Shown piece by piece: positions 63,330 through 64,000 of a stretch of DNA of 64,000 nt (position 1 is its first letter; each line of letters begins with the position of its first letter). The position numbers and the translations under genes are program-made. The DNA is taken from positions 29,698,001 through 29,762,000 of the forward strand of contig NC_073392.1 of assembly GCF_028641065.1 (NCBI RefSeq), written 5' to 3'. Below the pieces are notes generated by a model. It saw only the letters and a program-made list of their open reading frames with translations, searched no databases and was not told the origin of the DNA. Source of the stretch: Leucoraja erinacea. Taxonomy: Eukaryota.

Positions 63330-63650
63330 CTCCACGTGACCCAACATGCCCCATCATTAGTCCCACATGCCAACATTTAGCCCATTTCCCTCTAAACTTA
63401 TCCTATCCATCCTACTCCAGCAGCTCGTTCCATACACCTACCACCCTTCCTAGATTCCCCAACGCTAGGCAAAATGTCTGCTTTTACTCAATATATTCCT
63501 CGCTTGATTTTGTACACCTATAAGATTATGCCTTATCCTCCTGCACTCCAAGGAATGACATCCTAGCCTGCTAGCCTCTCCCTACAGCTTAGGCCCTCGA
63601 CTCCTGGCAACATCCTCAAATCTCTGCACACTTTCCAGCTTGACGACATC
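63330..63650 (-). mobile_element. Degenerate CR1 3' fragment
   Basis: CACTCCAAGGAA..CCTAGCCTGCT..TCCTGGCAACATCCT, the reverse of CR1 ORF2 end sequence. Confidence 0.65.
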
Positions 63651-64000
63651 ACTCTTGATGCAGTTGTCTAGGCTACAGGTGCTGGTAATCTGCAATGTCC
63701 ACAGCACAGTTGTCCCCTTGTTCCCCTCAAGATTAAATCAGTATCTACCATGAAAAGCCAAGGACCTTGGTTCTGCCAGACTTGGCGACTGGAAGGCTGT
63801 TTGCATTTGATGTGAAAATCACTCTTTGTTATTGAGCTAAATTTGGACACAAACACCTCCCCTTCAATCAATGGGCCAAATGGCCTAATTCTGCTTATAT
63901 GTCATGGTCTTACAGCAGAGGCTTTTACTGGTAAAATAAGCTGCTCTGCTACCAAAAGCACAGCCTTGCAAACCAATGATAGAAGTGCATCTTAAGGTGC

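Overview
Eukaryotic (vertebrate) genomic DNA; the repeat complement (HE1-type SINEs, HER1/CR1 LINEs, abundant Penelope-like pLTR fragments) points to a cartilaginous fish, probably a skate or ray (inference). Three spliced genes can be rebuilt exon by exon: TCTA (+, 3 coding exons, 102 aa), GLYCTK (-, 4 coding exons, 543 aa) and WDR82 (+, 9 coding exons, 313 aa). GLYCTK and WDR82 are head-to-head, and WDR82 intron 2 holds a let-7g-type miRNA hairpin with a variant mature sequence. The rest is largely mobile DNA: two Tc1 elements, TA-flanked non-autonomous TIR elements (one carrying long palindromes), a Harbinger-type MITE, a Helitron, CR1/L2/RTE-like LINE pieces and tRNA-derived SINEs. The most notable signal is about a dozen Penelope-like fragments carrying a minimal hammerhead-ribozyme core (two with an intact core), several of which start right at the CUGA motif. 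Most ORFs in the supplied track are spurious or repeat-derived. Identifications rest on recalled sequences and motif reading; no searches were run.
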